This document shows positions 25,104 to 32,501 of a DNA stretch of 64,000 nucleotides, one piece after another. The notes under the pieces were generated by a model. That model was not told the DNA's origin and did no database searches. It was given only the letters and a program-made list of their open reading frames with translations. Position 1 is the stretch's first letter, and the number at the start of each line of letters is the position of its first letter. Origin of the DNA: a virus; IMG/VR virus record IMGVR_UViG_3300045988_010345; one strand, 5' to 3'. Made by a program: the position numbers and the translations under genes.

Positions 25104-25176
25104 AGCAGGTTAGAGAAGTAGTAATCTTGCTCCACTCATAATGGAGAGACCAGTGGTGCAAATCCACTACCTGCAA
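25104..25176 (+). tRNA. tRNA with CAT anticodon (Met/Ile2), A1-A72 terminal mismatch
   Basis: Acceptor AGCAGGT/ACCTGCA, D arm GAGA-AGTAGTAA-TCTT, anticodon stem CTCCA/TGGAG with loop CTCATAA, T arm AGTGG-TGCAAAT-CCACT. Confidence 0.8.
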
Positions 25177-25184
25177 CTATAAAT

Positions 25185-25256
25185 AGGTAGATAGTTTAAT
25201 GGTAAAACCCTAGTCTCCAAAACTAGAAGATGTGAGTTCGAGTCTTACTCTATCTG
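25185..25256 (+). tRNA. tRNA-Trp(CCA)
   Basis: Acceptor AGGTAGA/TCTATCT, D arm GTTT-AATGGTA-AAAC, anticodon stem CTAGT/ACTAG with loop CTCCAAA, T arm GTGAG-TTCGAGT-CTTAC. Confidence 0.85.
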
Positions 25257-25260
25257 CAAT

Positions 25261-25333
25261 GGGAAAGTAGCAAAGATGGTCTATGCAGAGGACTGAAAAT
25301 CCTTGGATATAAGTTCGATTCTTATCTTTCCCA
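25261..25333 (+). tRNA. tRNA-Phe(GAA)
   Basis: Acceptor GGGAAAG/CTTTCCC, anticodon stem GAGGA/TCCTT with loop CTGAAAA, T-loop TTCGATT. Confidence 0.85.
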
Positions 25334-25338
25334 CATAA

Positions 25339-25412
25339 GGGTATATAACTCAATTGGTTAGAGTACTTGACTGATATTCAAGAGGTTATAGGTTCAAATC
25401 CTGTTATACCCA
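25339..25412 (+). tRNA. tRNA-Ile(GAT)
   Basis: Acceptor GGGTATA/TATACCC, D arm ACTC-AATTGGTT-AGAGT, anticodon stem CTTGA/TCAAG with loop CTGATAT, T-loop TTCAAAT. Confidence 0.85.
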
Positions 25413-25414
25413 CT

Positions 25415-25488
25415 GTGTTAGTAGCTCAGTCAGGTAGAGCAGAGGATTGTGGCTCCTTATGGCATGGGTTCAAATCCCATCTAACACC
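25415..25488 (+). tRNA. tRNA-His(GTG)
   Basis: Acceptor GTGTTAG/CTAACAC, D arm GCTC-AGTCAGGT-AGAGC, anticodon stem GAGGA/TCCTT with loop TTGTGGC, T arm ATGGG-TTCAAAT-CCCAT. G-1 is not encoded. Confidence 0.85.
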
Positions 25489-25494
25489 CAATAT

Positions 25495-25571
25495 ACTGGC
25501 ATATCCCCTGACTCTTATACAGTCTAGAAAGGGTAATTGGTCACATGGGGGTTCAAGTCCCTCTGCCAGTA
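25495..25571 (+). other. aberrant tRNA-like gene (77 nt): perfect acceptor and T arm, no recognisable D arm; candidate anticodon TAT
   Basis: ACTGGCA pairs perfectly with TGCCAGT, and the T arm is GGGGG-TTCAAGT-CCCTC. The core TATCCCC-TGACT-CTTATAC-AGTCT-AGAAAGGGTAATTGGTCACAT forms only one arm, GACT/AGTC with the 7-nt loop CTTATAC. Confidence 0.45.
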
Positions 25572-25614
25572 CTATGACAAGTGAAGATAGAAAAGTTGTA
25601 TGAAAACTCTTCAT

Positions 25615-25687
25615 TCCCTCAAAGCATTGATGGTGGATGCTCAGGACTTTTAATCCTGAGAGTAAGGTTCGACTCCTTATGGGGGAA
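25615..25687 (+). tRNA. tRNA-Lys(TTT)
   Basis: Acceptor TCCCTCA/TGGGGGA, D arm GCAT-TGATGGTGG-ATGC, anticodon stem CAGGA/TCCTG with loop CTTTTAA, T arm TAAGG-TTCGACT-CCTTA. Confidence 0.85.
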
Positions 25688-25722
25688 CATAACACATTAT
25701 TAACTCCAAATTTTTAATTGTT

Positions 25723-25830
25723 ATGAAAAAGGTTATTTCATTAATTAAGAGGGGTGCTAAAGCATACTTTAGACAAGCTGCTAAGTCTTATGCTTGGGCA
25801 CCTACAGGAACTATTCCAGTTGGAATATAG
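25723..25830 (+). CDS. possible 35-aa basic micro-protein inside the tRNA array
   Basis: Own translation: MKKVISLIKRGAKAYFRQAAKSYAWAPTGTIPVGI. Below the ORF-track cut-off, with no other support. Confidence 0.25.
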   Translation: MKKVISLIKRGAKAYFRQAAKSYAWAPTGTIPVGI

Positions 25831-26003
25831 TTCCTTTTATATTGGAGTAGAGAAGATACTAATAAAGCTATGAATTCTAGACTATAAGTAGCAACGTAAC
25901 TCTTAGGGTTTCTGGATATTAAATAATATTTATAGAGTAAGACTAGCCCCTAATGAATGTCGTATTATTCACTTTAGTAGCCGAAGGTGGTCAAAGGCTA
26001 TAT

Positions 26004-26092
26004 ACCCTCTTGGTGGAATTTGGTAGACACATCTGCCTTAGAAGCAGACATGAAGTAATAGTAGTGTAAGAGTTCGAGTCTCTTAGAGGGTA
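26004..26092 (+). tRNA. tRNA-Leu(TAG), class II
   Basis: Acceptor ACCCTCT/AGAGGGT (7 Watson-Crick pairs), anticodon stem TCTGC/GCAGA with loop CTTAGAA, long variable arm, T arm AAGAG-TTCGAGT-CTCTT. Confidence 0.85.
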
Positions 26093-26125
26093 CTAAAAAT
26101 AATTTGAAAAATAATTAGGAAAATA

Positions 26126-26157
26126 TTTGGTTAATTGAAATATTTTACTTAACTTTG
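26126..26157 (+). promoter_or_regulatory. Bacteroides-type promoter for the Dps-like gene (-33 TTTG 26126, -7 TAACTTTG 26150-26157)
   Basis: Consensus match, 24-nt spacing. The ATG is at 26178. Confidence 0.6.
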
Positions 26158-26177
26158 CACCATCAAAATAAGAGAAT

Positions 26178-26624
26178 ATGTTTGAAGAAGATAGCCTATT
26201 TACTCCAATGGAGTCAAGCAGAAGTACAGAAGTATCTGGTTCTCAGTTCTTTATCAACTTCTTAAATCAGCTTGAAGGTTGGAAGACCAAGTGTAAGAAC
26301 TTGCACTGGGCAGCACCTAAGAAGAACATTCATGTATATCTTGATGAGTTCCTTGATATATTGTCAGATTATCAAGATGGTCTTGCAGAAGGATACATGG
26401 GAATACTTGGTAAGATGCAACCTAATGTAATCAAAGGAACTGCAAGTGATGCACTGAATGCTTTTGACTTTATAAGTGAAGTTAAGTCTGCTACTACTGC
26501 ATTCTATGATAAGATTCCTCAAGAGACTATATATAAAGGTATAACATCTGAATGTGAGACCTTTATTCAGAATATCAATAAGTATGCCTACTTATTTCAC
26601 TTATGTGATACAAGACCTTATTGA
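26178..26624 (+). CDS. Dps/ferritin-like four-helix-bundle protein
   Basis: KNLHWAAPKKNIHVYLDEFLDILSDYQDGLAEG reproduces the order of the Dps ferroxidase ligands: H-W ... H-x3-D/E ... D-x3-E. The 148-aa size fits the Dps family. Confidence 0.5.
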   Translation: MFEEDSLFTPMESSRSTEVSGSQFFINFLNQLEGWKTKCKNLHWAAPKKNIHVYLDEFLDILSDYQDGLAEGYMGILGKMQPNVIKGTASDALNAFDFISEVKSATTAFYDKIPQETIYKGITSECETFIQNINKYAYLFHLCDTRPY

Positions 26625-26632
26625 CAAGAGAT

Positions 26633-26718
26633 GCTCTCATGGTGGAATTGGTAGACACGAGGGACTTAAAATCCCTTGACCAGTAATGGTTGTCTGGGTT
26701 CAACTCCCAGTGGGAGCA
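26633..26718 (+). tRNA. tRNA-Leu(TAA), class II, genomically followed by CCA
   Basis: Acceptor GCTCTCA/TGGGAGC, D region GTGG-AATTGGTAGA-CAC, anticodon stem AGGGA/TCCCT with loop CTTAAAA, T arm CTGGG-TTCAACT-CCCAG. ACCA follows at 26718-26721. Confidence 0.85.
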
Positions 26719-26724
26719 CCATTT

Positions 26725-26798
26725 GCCTCCTTAGTGTTAATGGTTTAGCAAGCCTGTCTTGTAAACAGGAAGAGAGGGTTCAAATCCTTCAGGAGGCT
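26725..26798 (+). tRNA. tRNA-Thr(TGT)
   Basis: Acceptor GCCTCCT/AGGAGGC, anticodon stem CCTGT/ACAGG with loop CTTGTAA, T arm GAGGG-TTCAAAT-CCTTC. Confidence 0.85.
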
Positions 26799-26805
26799 CA
26801 AAGTT

Positions 26806-26874
26806 GTAGGTATGGTGTTGGTGGTTAGCATATGACATTGGCAATGTCAAGGGGTCAGTTCAAATTTATCTACT
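26806..26874 (+). pseudogene. tRNA-like sequence with GGC anticodon lacking the 3' strand of the T stem (69 nt)
   Basis: Acceptor GTAGGTA/TATCTAC, anticodon stem TGACA/TGTCA with loop TTGGCAA. After GTCAG-TTCAAAT the expected CTGAC strand is missing. There is no G3:U70 pair. Confidence 0.5.
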
Positions 26875-26879
26875 CAAAT

Positions 26880-26951
26880 GCAGGTATAGTATAAAGGTTA
26901 GTATGTAACACTTCCAATGTTAATGTGTGGGTTCGATTCCCACTATCTGCT
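26880..26951 (+). tRNA. tRNA-Gly(TCC)
   Basis: Acceptor GCAGGTA/TATCTGC, anticodon stem TAACA/TGTTA with loop CTTCCAA, T arm GTGGG-TTCGATT-CCCAC. Confidence 0.85.
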
Positions 26952-26960
26952 CAAATATAT

Positions 26961-27033
26961 CATGGGGTGATAGCAATGGTAGCTAGCAAGACTCATAATC
27001 TTGAGGTTGGAGGTTCGAGTCCTCCCCCCGTAA
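26961..27033 (+). tRNA. tRNA with CAT anticodon (Met/Ile2), C1-A72 terminal mismatch
   Basis: Acceptor CATGGGG/CCCCGTA, D arm TAGC-AATGGTA-GCTA, anticodon stem CAAGA/TCTTG with loop CTCATAA, T arm GGAGG-TTCGAGT-CCTCC. Confidence 0.75.
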
Positions 27034-27047
27034 CTAAATTACTTTAT

Positions 27048-27245
27048 ATGGAAGAGATAGAAAAGGCAAAGATGACAAGAACCAAAAAGACCAATAGTTC
27101 AGAGGTTCATCAAATTATGACTGCATTAACTGATACTACAATTAGAGGTATTGTAAGGTCAGTCAATGAGGAAGGAATTAAGAGAGAGGATATAGTTTCT
27201 CTACTTAAAGAAAATGGTCAATTTGTATTAATCTACTTTAGATAA
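27048..27245 (+). CDS. hypothetical small protein (65 aa)
   Basis: The track ORF 26925-27245 begins inside tRNA genes. Trimmed to the ATG giving MEEIEKAKMTRTKK. Confidence 0.5.
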   Translation: MEEIEKAKMTRTKKTNSSEVHQIMTALTDTTIRGIVRSVNEEGIKREDIVSLLKENGQFVLIYFR

Positions 27246-27257
27246 AACATTATAAAA

Positions 27258-27560
27258 ATGGAAGAGCAGAAGACAATAGAAAGACCCTTGATGAGTGAAG
27301 AAGAGTTCAAGGATTATATGAAGAATAACAGAGTAGATATTGTGGGAGATTTCTATGAAAGAGGTATTCTTCACTTGAGAACTTATGAAGCAGTGAGCAG
27401 GTTTAAGTCTGTAAGGAGAATAATTAGAAGAGGTCATGTATCTCTTGATGGATTTATTTATCCTAAGAGACCTTTTAACAATGCTAAGCATGGTAAGAAC
27501 AGTCTGAATGACAGAAAGAAGATGATTTATGAGCAACTTAAACACAGAAAATCAGCCTAA
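27258..27560 (+). CDS. hypothetical basic protein (100 aa)
   Basis: ORF track. Confidence 0.55.
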   Translation: MEEQKTIERPLMSEEEFKDYMKNNRVDIVGDFYERGILHLRTYEAVSRFKSVRRIIRRGHVSLDGFIYPKRPFNNAKHGKNSLNDRKKMIYEQLKHRKSA

Positions 27561-27750
27561 TGATTACAATGAAGTGCCAGTGCTATACTGCAAGCATTGT
27601 CTATCATTGAAAATTAGGAACATTCCAAGAATGGAGGATTCAGATTACTGTGATGAGTGTGGCTCCACTGATATAGGAGAATGTTCAATAGAGGAATGGG
27701 AGACCCTCTACAAGAATAGATATGGGCATAGATACCTTGAAGAGTATTAA
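27529..27750 (+). CDS. zinc-ribbon protein (73 aa)
   Basis: CKHC...x17...CDEC gives two CxxC pairs. Confidence 0.55.
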   Translation: MSNLNTENQPNDYNEVPVLYCKHCLSLKIRNIPRMEDSDYCDECGSTDIGECSIEEWETLYKNRYGHRYLEEY

Positions 27751-27770
27751 TAACTTAATTATAAAGTAAA

Positions 27771-28103
27771 ATGGAAGAGCAAAAGAAAAAGGTTGTAGAG
27801 ATGCAGCCAGCAACAAAGGAAACAGAGAGACCTGAAAAGATGTCTTATGAGCAGTTAGAGAACATAGCTCATCAGCTTAGTGAGCAAGCTAAACAGTTAT
27901 ATATGAAGCTGCAAGCTGCTAATATGAGCAATATGTTCAAGAGACTTGACTACTTATTTAAGGTAGTAGAGAATGGACATATGTTTAAGCAGGACTTCCT
28001 TGAAAAGTGTATTGCTGAGATTGAGGAGATTATGACAGTCCCTGAAGAGACTGAGGAGGATAACAAGGAAGAGGAAACACCAGATATTAAAACTGAAGAG
28101 TAA
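27771..28103 (+). CDS. hypothetical acidic coiled-coil protein (110 aa)
   Basis: ORF track. Confidence 0.55.
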   Translation: MEEQKKKVVEMQPATKETERPEKMSYEQLENIAHQLSEQAKQLYMKLQAANMSNMFKRLDYLFKVVENGHMFKQDFLEKCIAEIEEIMTVPEETEEDNKEEETPDIKTEE

Positions 28104-28111
28104 GTTACAAG

Positions 28112-28492
28112 ATGAAGAAGGCTAACAATATAGTTAGAATCTCCACTTCATTAAATGGTAAATTCTTTAGATATTGGTTTGAATTTTTGGAGCCTTTTCA
28201 TAAGCTAACTGATAGAGAGATTGATGTAATTACATCCTTTGTTAAGCAAAGATATGAACTCAGTAAAGTTATCAAGGACAATGAGATACTTGATAAGGTT
28301 ACAATGAGTGAAGATACAAAGAAGAAAGTAAGGGAAGAGTGTAGTATCACTCTCCCACACTTTCAAGTAATTATGGGCAAGCTAAGGAAGAACAAGGTTA
28401 TCATTGATGGTAAGATTAATCCAAGGTTTATTCCCAACATTGATGAAGAGAATGGCACTTTCCAACTATTGTTACTTTTTGAATTGAAATGA
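28112..28492 (+). CDS. hypothetical protein, possible winged-helix DNA binding (126 aa)
   Basis: ORF track. Only a weak helix-turn-helix-like pattern (LTDREIDVITSFVK). Confidence 0.5.
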   Translation: MKKANNIVRISTSLNGKFFRYWFEFLEPFHKLTDREIDVITSFVKQRYELSKVIKDNEILDKVTMSEDTKKKVREECSITLPHFQVIMGKLRKNKVIIDGKINPRFIPNIDEENGTFQLLLLFELK

Positions 28493-28761
28493 ATTATCCT
28501 GATATAATTGGTAAGGTTTCTGAAGAGTTGAATTTACCTAAAGAAGTGGTAGATAAAACATATAGGGCATTTTGGTTATTCATTAACCAATCTATACAAT
28601 CCTTGCCATTAAAGGAGAATCTTAATGAAGAGGATTTTGCTAAGCTAAGAACAAATTTCAACATTCCATCACTGGGTAAACTGACTTGCACTTATGATAG
28701 GATGTTAGGTATGAAAAAGAGACTCAAGTTTATAAAACAGATAAGGGAGAAGAAATGTTAA
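28489..28761 (+). CDS. HU/IHF-like DNA-bending protein (divergent)
   Basis: 90 aa. The N-terminus MNYPDIIGKVSEELNLPKEVVDKTYRAFWLFI follows the HU pattern (MNK.eLi..va....ls...v..v...f). NIPSLGKLTC corresponds to l.GfG.F. The beta-arm RNP.TG motif is not evident. Confidence 0.35.
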   Translation: MNYPDIIGKVSEELNLPKEVVDKTYRAFWLFINQSIQSLPLKENLNEEDFAKLRTNFNIPSLGKLTCTYDRMLGMKKRLKFIKQIREKKC

Positions 28762-29180
28762 AAGTAAAAAAGATAAAGCCAATGTTTACCTCGCTCATTA
28801 CTACAATGGATAAGTATGAGCATGATATGATGGTAGGAGCAGGACTCATTGATGTAACCAAGAGAGAGGGTAGCTTAAAGGAGTATCAGAGGGTACTTGC
28901 AGTGGGCAGCTCTGTTAGAGACATTAAGGTTGGTGATTTAGTATGGGTTAATCCTACAAGATTTGGTGTGAAGAAGCACCAAGAAGGCTCTCTAAAAGAT
29001 GGAGTAATCACTGATAACCCTATCATAACTTACAACTTTGATGTTGTTGAGATGGATGGAAAGCAGTGCCTATTACTACAGGATAGGGATATTGACTTCA
29101 TTATTGAAGAGTATGAGGAAGTTCCTGACCCAACTCCTTCACCTATTATTCAACCAGAGAAGAAGAAACTAATTGTATAA
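28755..29180 (+). CDS. GroES/gp31-like co-chaperonin candidate
   Basis: IKPMFTSLI..., EYQRVLAVGSSVRDIKVGDLVWVN and LLLQDRDIDFIIE parallel GroES I.PL.DRVlv..., G.VLAVG......VKVGD.V.f and l...e.DIlavve. Confidence 0.4.
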   Translation: MLKVKKIKPMFTSLITTMDKYEHDMMVGAGLIDVTKREGSLKEYQRVLAVGSSVRDIKVGDLVWVNPTRFGVKKHQEGSLKDGVITDNPIITYNFDVVEMDGKQCLLLQDRDIDFIIEEYEEVPDPTPSPIIQPEKKKLIV

Positions 29181-29186
29181 CTCAAA

Positions 29187-29228
29187 AGAGTGTATCAGGA
29201 AAACCAATCCTAATACACTCTTTTTTTC
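29187..29228 (+). terminator. intrinsic terminator
   Basis: AGAGTGTAT (29187-29195) pairs with ATACACTCT (29213-29221), followed by TTTTTTT. Confidence 0.7.
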
Positions 29229-29235
29229 TTAGATT

Positions 29236-29775
29236 ATGATAAAATTATTCAAATATGAGGGCTACAAGATAGTAATATCTGAGGAAGCCTTTGCTCTTAA
29301 ACCATTCAGACAGATATGGCAAAGAGATAAGACTGTTAATAAGGATAAGGCTATTATGGAACTTGGCTTCATATACTTCTTTTGTGACCCAAGAAGTGAC
29401 TATCAATACCTTGTAGATGACAAGGAGAGAATGGAAGCTATTAAAGAGGGAGAAGGATTACCTCCTAAATGGGAGCCAGACAGGATAGTAACAGAGGCAA
29501 TGGAATTTTATAAATCATTTAAGCCAATCTCTGCACTACTCCTTGAAGACACTAGGTTTATGGTTAATAAGTTCAGAGCAAAACTAAGAGAGCTGGACTT
29601 TGACAGCCTTGAGGTTAAGGAGTTTAAGGAGATTACAGCCATTGTAAAACAGATTACACCTCTCATTAGAGATTTGGATGAGGCTGAAAGAGCACTTAAC
29701 TCTGAAATGAGGAGTTCAGGTAAGATGAGAGGACAGGGAGAAAAGACTATATTTGAAGATGACTTGGCACTATAA
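29236..29775 (+). CDS. hypothetical protein (179 aa) upstream of the terminase
   Basis: ORF track. The position would suit a small terminase subunit, but no motif supports that. Confidence 0.6.
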   Translation: MIKLFKYEGYKIVISEEAFALKPFRQIWQRDKTVNKDKAIMELGFIYFFCDPRSDYQYLVDDKERMEAIKEGEGLPPKWEPDRIVTEAMEFYKSFKPISALLLEDTRFMVNKFRAKLRELDFDSLEVKEFKEITAIVKQITPLIRDLDEAERALNSEMRSSGKMRGQGEKTIFEDDLAL

Positions 29776-29777
29776 CT

Positions 29778-30131
29778 ATGAAAGCAGAAGATATTATAGA
29801 AGGTCTTAATAAACATATTGAGACAAGGAGAAGTGAGAGGGGAATTGAGAATGTAGGGCACATGGTATTACAGAAAGAAATTATACCTCATTCCTCATTC
29901 AAGGTTTATAAGATTTACAAGTACACTCTTTGGTTTACTAGGAGAGGTAAATCTTATAAAGTAATAACAGCACAACATATTGCTAAGGTTCCTGATGGTC
30001 AGGAAGGTACCATGTTGAGAGAGATGAATATCATGTTGAGTACATTAATCTTCGATTGGATAGGCTCTGATTTTTATGAAGCAATTATAAAGGGAGAATA
30101 TAATGGAGTTTCAGAAAATATCGACGAATGA
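29778..30131 (+). CDS. hypothetical protein (117 aa)
   Basis: ORF track. Confidence 0.55.
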   Translation: MKAEDIIEGLNKHIETRRSERGIENVGHMVLQKEIIPHSSFKVYKIYKYTLWFTRRGKSYKVITAQHIAKVPDGQEGTMLREMNIMLSTLIFDWIGSDFYEAIIKGEYNGVSENIDE

Positions 30132-32403
30132 ATATCAAACTGAGCTAACTGAGGAATTGGTTAATAGCCTCCCTCAGGAAGTTCAGGACCAGTTATTTGA
30201 TATTATAAATAATGTAGAGTTTGTCAAGAGATTGATAAGCCCTACAAGAGAATATGCTAAGGATAGACCAAGGGATGATAGGGGTAGAATCATTGTAGAC
30301 TTGGCTAATCCTCATATATTAGAGGATATGGACTATTTCAGACCATCTGCTATACATTATGAGAAGTATGGTACATTTACTAACCTTAGACCTAATGCCA
30401 ATCCTAATAGTGAGTATGGCAAATGGGTAAGAGAGGAAAGGAGAAGAATCTGGGATGGCTATGTAAGGGAAAGTGATGGAGAATGGGTTACAGGTTATAT
30501 GTACTGGTTTCTTAATTATTCTCCTATGATGCTTTCTAAGATTAGAGAGTATAAGGATAAGAATGGCAAGAAGAGAAAGTCCAAGAGGGCTGATAGAGTA
30601 GAGGCACTACCTGAATGTTGGGAAGGCATCTATTGGAGATTTCATTGCTTAGACCAAGCATCAAATGGAGGCTTATATAATAACTTTGAGGGAGGTCAAC
30701 ACATGGCTGAACTTGCTTCCAGAGGTAAGGGTAAGTCATATAGTCTTGCATCCATACTTAATCATATCTTTGTGGTAGGTGAGAATGAGGAGGCACATGA
30801 GAAGGTAAAGGGTATAGTAACTGCTTATCAGAAGGAATATCTTACTAAGGATGGTGTTCTTAACAAGTTTGTAGATATGGCTAATTTCTGTGCAACTAAT
30901 ACTCAGTTTCCAAGGAAGAGATTAAAGAACTCTTTGCAGGAAATGACATGGATAATGGGGTATAAAGATGTAGAGTTGGACATTGAAAGAGGTACTCAGA
31001 ATACAGTACTTGGAGTATCATCTAAGGATGATGAGTCTAAGTTGAGAGGTAAGAGAGCTGCTAAGATTCTTATTGAGGAGTTTGGTACATTCCCAAGACT
31101 TGTAGACTTGTATAATGTACTGTTACCTTCAGTACAAGAAGGTGATATTGTCTTTGGTCAAATCTATATGTTAGGTACTGCTGGTGATAATGAATCAGAC
31201 TTTGCTGGTGCCCAGGAAATTATGTATAATCCGAAAGGTTATAATATGTATGCTTTACCTAATGTATTTGATAAGTATAATCAAGGTAAGCCTTACTTTG
31301 TATTTTTCTTTCCTGGCTATATAAATAGAAAGGGATGCTATAATGAGAATGGTGTATCTGATGTAATTAAGGCTTTAATTGAAATTCTTATGAATAGGTA
31401 TAGGGTAAAGTACAATTCCACTGACCCTAATACTATTATTAAGACTATTGCTGAGGTTCCTATTACTCCTGCTGAGGCTATTGTTAAAACAGGTGTAAAT
31501 ATGTTCCCTGTAGCTGACTTGACTGAGAGAATAGGTCAATTGGATGCTAATCTTACAGAGTATGATGATGTATATGTAGGTGATTTGGTATTCAATAAAG
31601 AGGGTCAGGTAGAGTATAAACCTACCTCTGCTACACCTATCAGGGATTTTCCACATAAGGATAATAAGATAGAAGGTGCTATTGAAATATATCAAATGCC
31701 TGAGATTGACAAGAATACAGGCAAGCCATATAATGATAGATATATATTAGGTGCTGACCCTTATGATGATGATGAGTCAAATACTATGTCTTTGGGTTCT
31801 ATATTTGTACTGGATTTATGGACAGATAGGATAGTAGCTGAATATACTGGAAGACCTTCTTTTGCTGATGATTACTATGAGATTTGTAGAAAACTTTGCC
31901 TATTCTACAATGGCAGACTGAATTATGAGTATAACAAGAAAGGTCTATTCTCCCACTTCTCGATAAGAAATAGTCTCTATCTTCTTACAGATGTTCTTGA
32001 TTTCTTAAAGGAGAAGCAGATGATGAAGGATGGCTATGGTAACAAGTCAAAAGGTACTAATGCCTCTCCTGCCATTAATGCTTTTGCAAGGAGTAGATTG
32101 AGAAGCTGGCTATTAGCCCCAGTTCCTATTATGCAGACTATTGATGGAGAAGAGAAAGAAGTAATGGTTCCAAGACTATTTACTGTAAGAAACAGAGCAC
32201 TACTAAAGGAGCTTATTAACTACAACTCTGAAGGTAACTTCGATAGAATATCTGCTATGGGCATGTTAATGCTTCTGAGAGAAGATAGGATGATAAGATA
32301 CCAAGGAGATGTTAGTAAGGAGAAGCAAGAGAGAGCTAATAATAGTTATGATGGTAATGACCCATTCTTCAAGAGAAACTATGACTTTAGGTTTAGGCAG
32401 TAA
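30103..32403 (+). CDS. terL: terminase large subunit
   Basis: Walker A-like ELASRGKGKSYS. Walker B AAKILIEEFG. RNase H-fold nuclease motif YILGADPYDDDES. The 766-aa size and the position directly upstream of the portal also fit. Confidence 0.85.
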   Translation: MEFQKISTNEYQTELTEELVNSLPQEVQDQLFDIINNVEFVKRLISPTREYAKDRPRDDRGRIIVDLANPHILEDMDYFRPSAIHYEKYGTFTNLRPNANPNSEYGKWVREERRRIWDGYVRESDGEWVTGYMYWFLNYSPMMLSKIREYKDKNGKKRKSKRADRVEALPECWEGIYWRFHCLDQASNGGLYNNFEGGQHMAELASRGKGKSYSLASILNHIFVVGENEEAHEKVKGIVTAYQKEYLTKDGVLNKFVDMANFCATNTQFPRKRLKNSLQEMTWIMGYKDVELDIERGTQNTVLGVSSKDDESKLRGKRAAKILIEEFGTFPRLVDLYNVLLPSVQEGDIVFGQIYMLGTAGDNESDFAGAQEIMYNPKGYNMYALPNVFDKYNQGKPYFVFFFPGYINRKGCYNENGVSDVIKALIEILMNRYRVKYNSTDPNTIIKTIAEVPITPAEAIVKTGVNMFPVADLTERIGQLDANLTEYDDVYVGDLVFNKEGQVEYKPTSATPIRDFPHKDNKIEGAIEIYQMPEIDKNTGKPYNDRYILGADPYDDDESNTMSLGSIFVLDLWTDRIVAEYTGRPSFADDYYEICRKLCLFYNGRLNYEYNKKGLFSHFSIRNSLYLLTDVLDFLKEKQMMKDGYGNKSKGTNASPAINAFARSRLRSWLLAPVPIMQTIDGEEKEVMVPRLFTVRNRALLKELINYNSEGNFDRISAMGMLMLLREDRMIRYQGDVSKEKQERANNSYDGNDPFFKRNYDFRFRQ

Positions 32404-32447
32404 ATTTAGTAAAAATGAAGACTAATGGTTAATAAATTACTTATATA

Positions 32448-32479
32448 CTTGCATAGGTCAAGGATTTTATTTACCTTTG
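32448..32479 (+). promoter_or_regulatory. Bacteroides-type promoter for the portal operon (-33 CTTG 32448, -7 TACCTTTG 32472-32479)
   Basis: Consensus match, 24-nt spacing. Confidence 0.55.
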
Positions 32480-32501
32480 CATAGTAATTAAATTGAAGTA
32501 T

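Noticed and set aside
25367-25695. Track ORFs 25367-25603 (+) and 25426-25695 (-), and the N-terminal part of 26925-27245 (+).
   Set aside because: They lie entirely over tRNA genes. Their reading frames are by-products of tRNA sequence.
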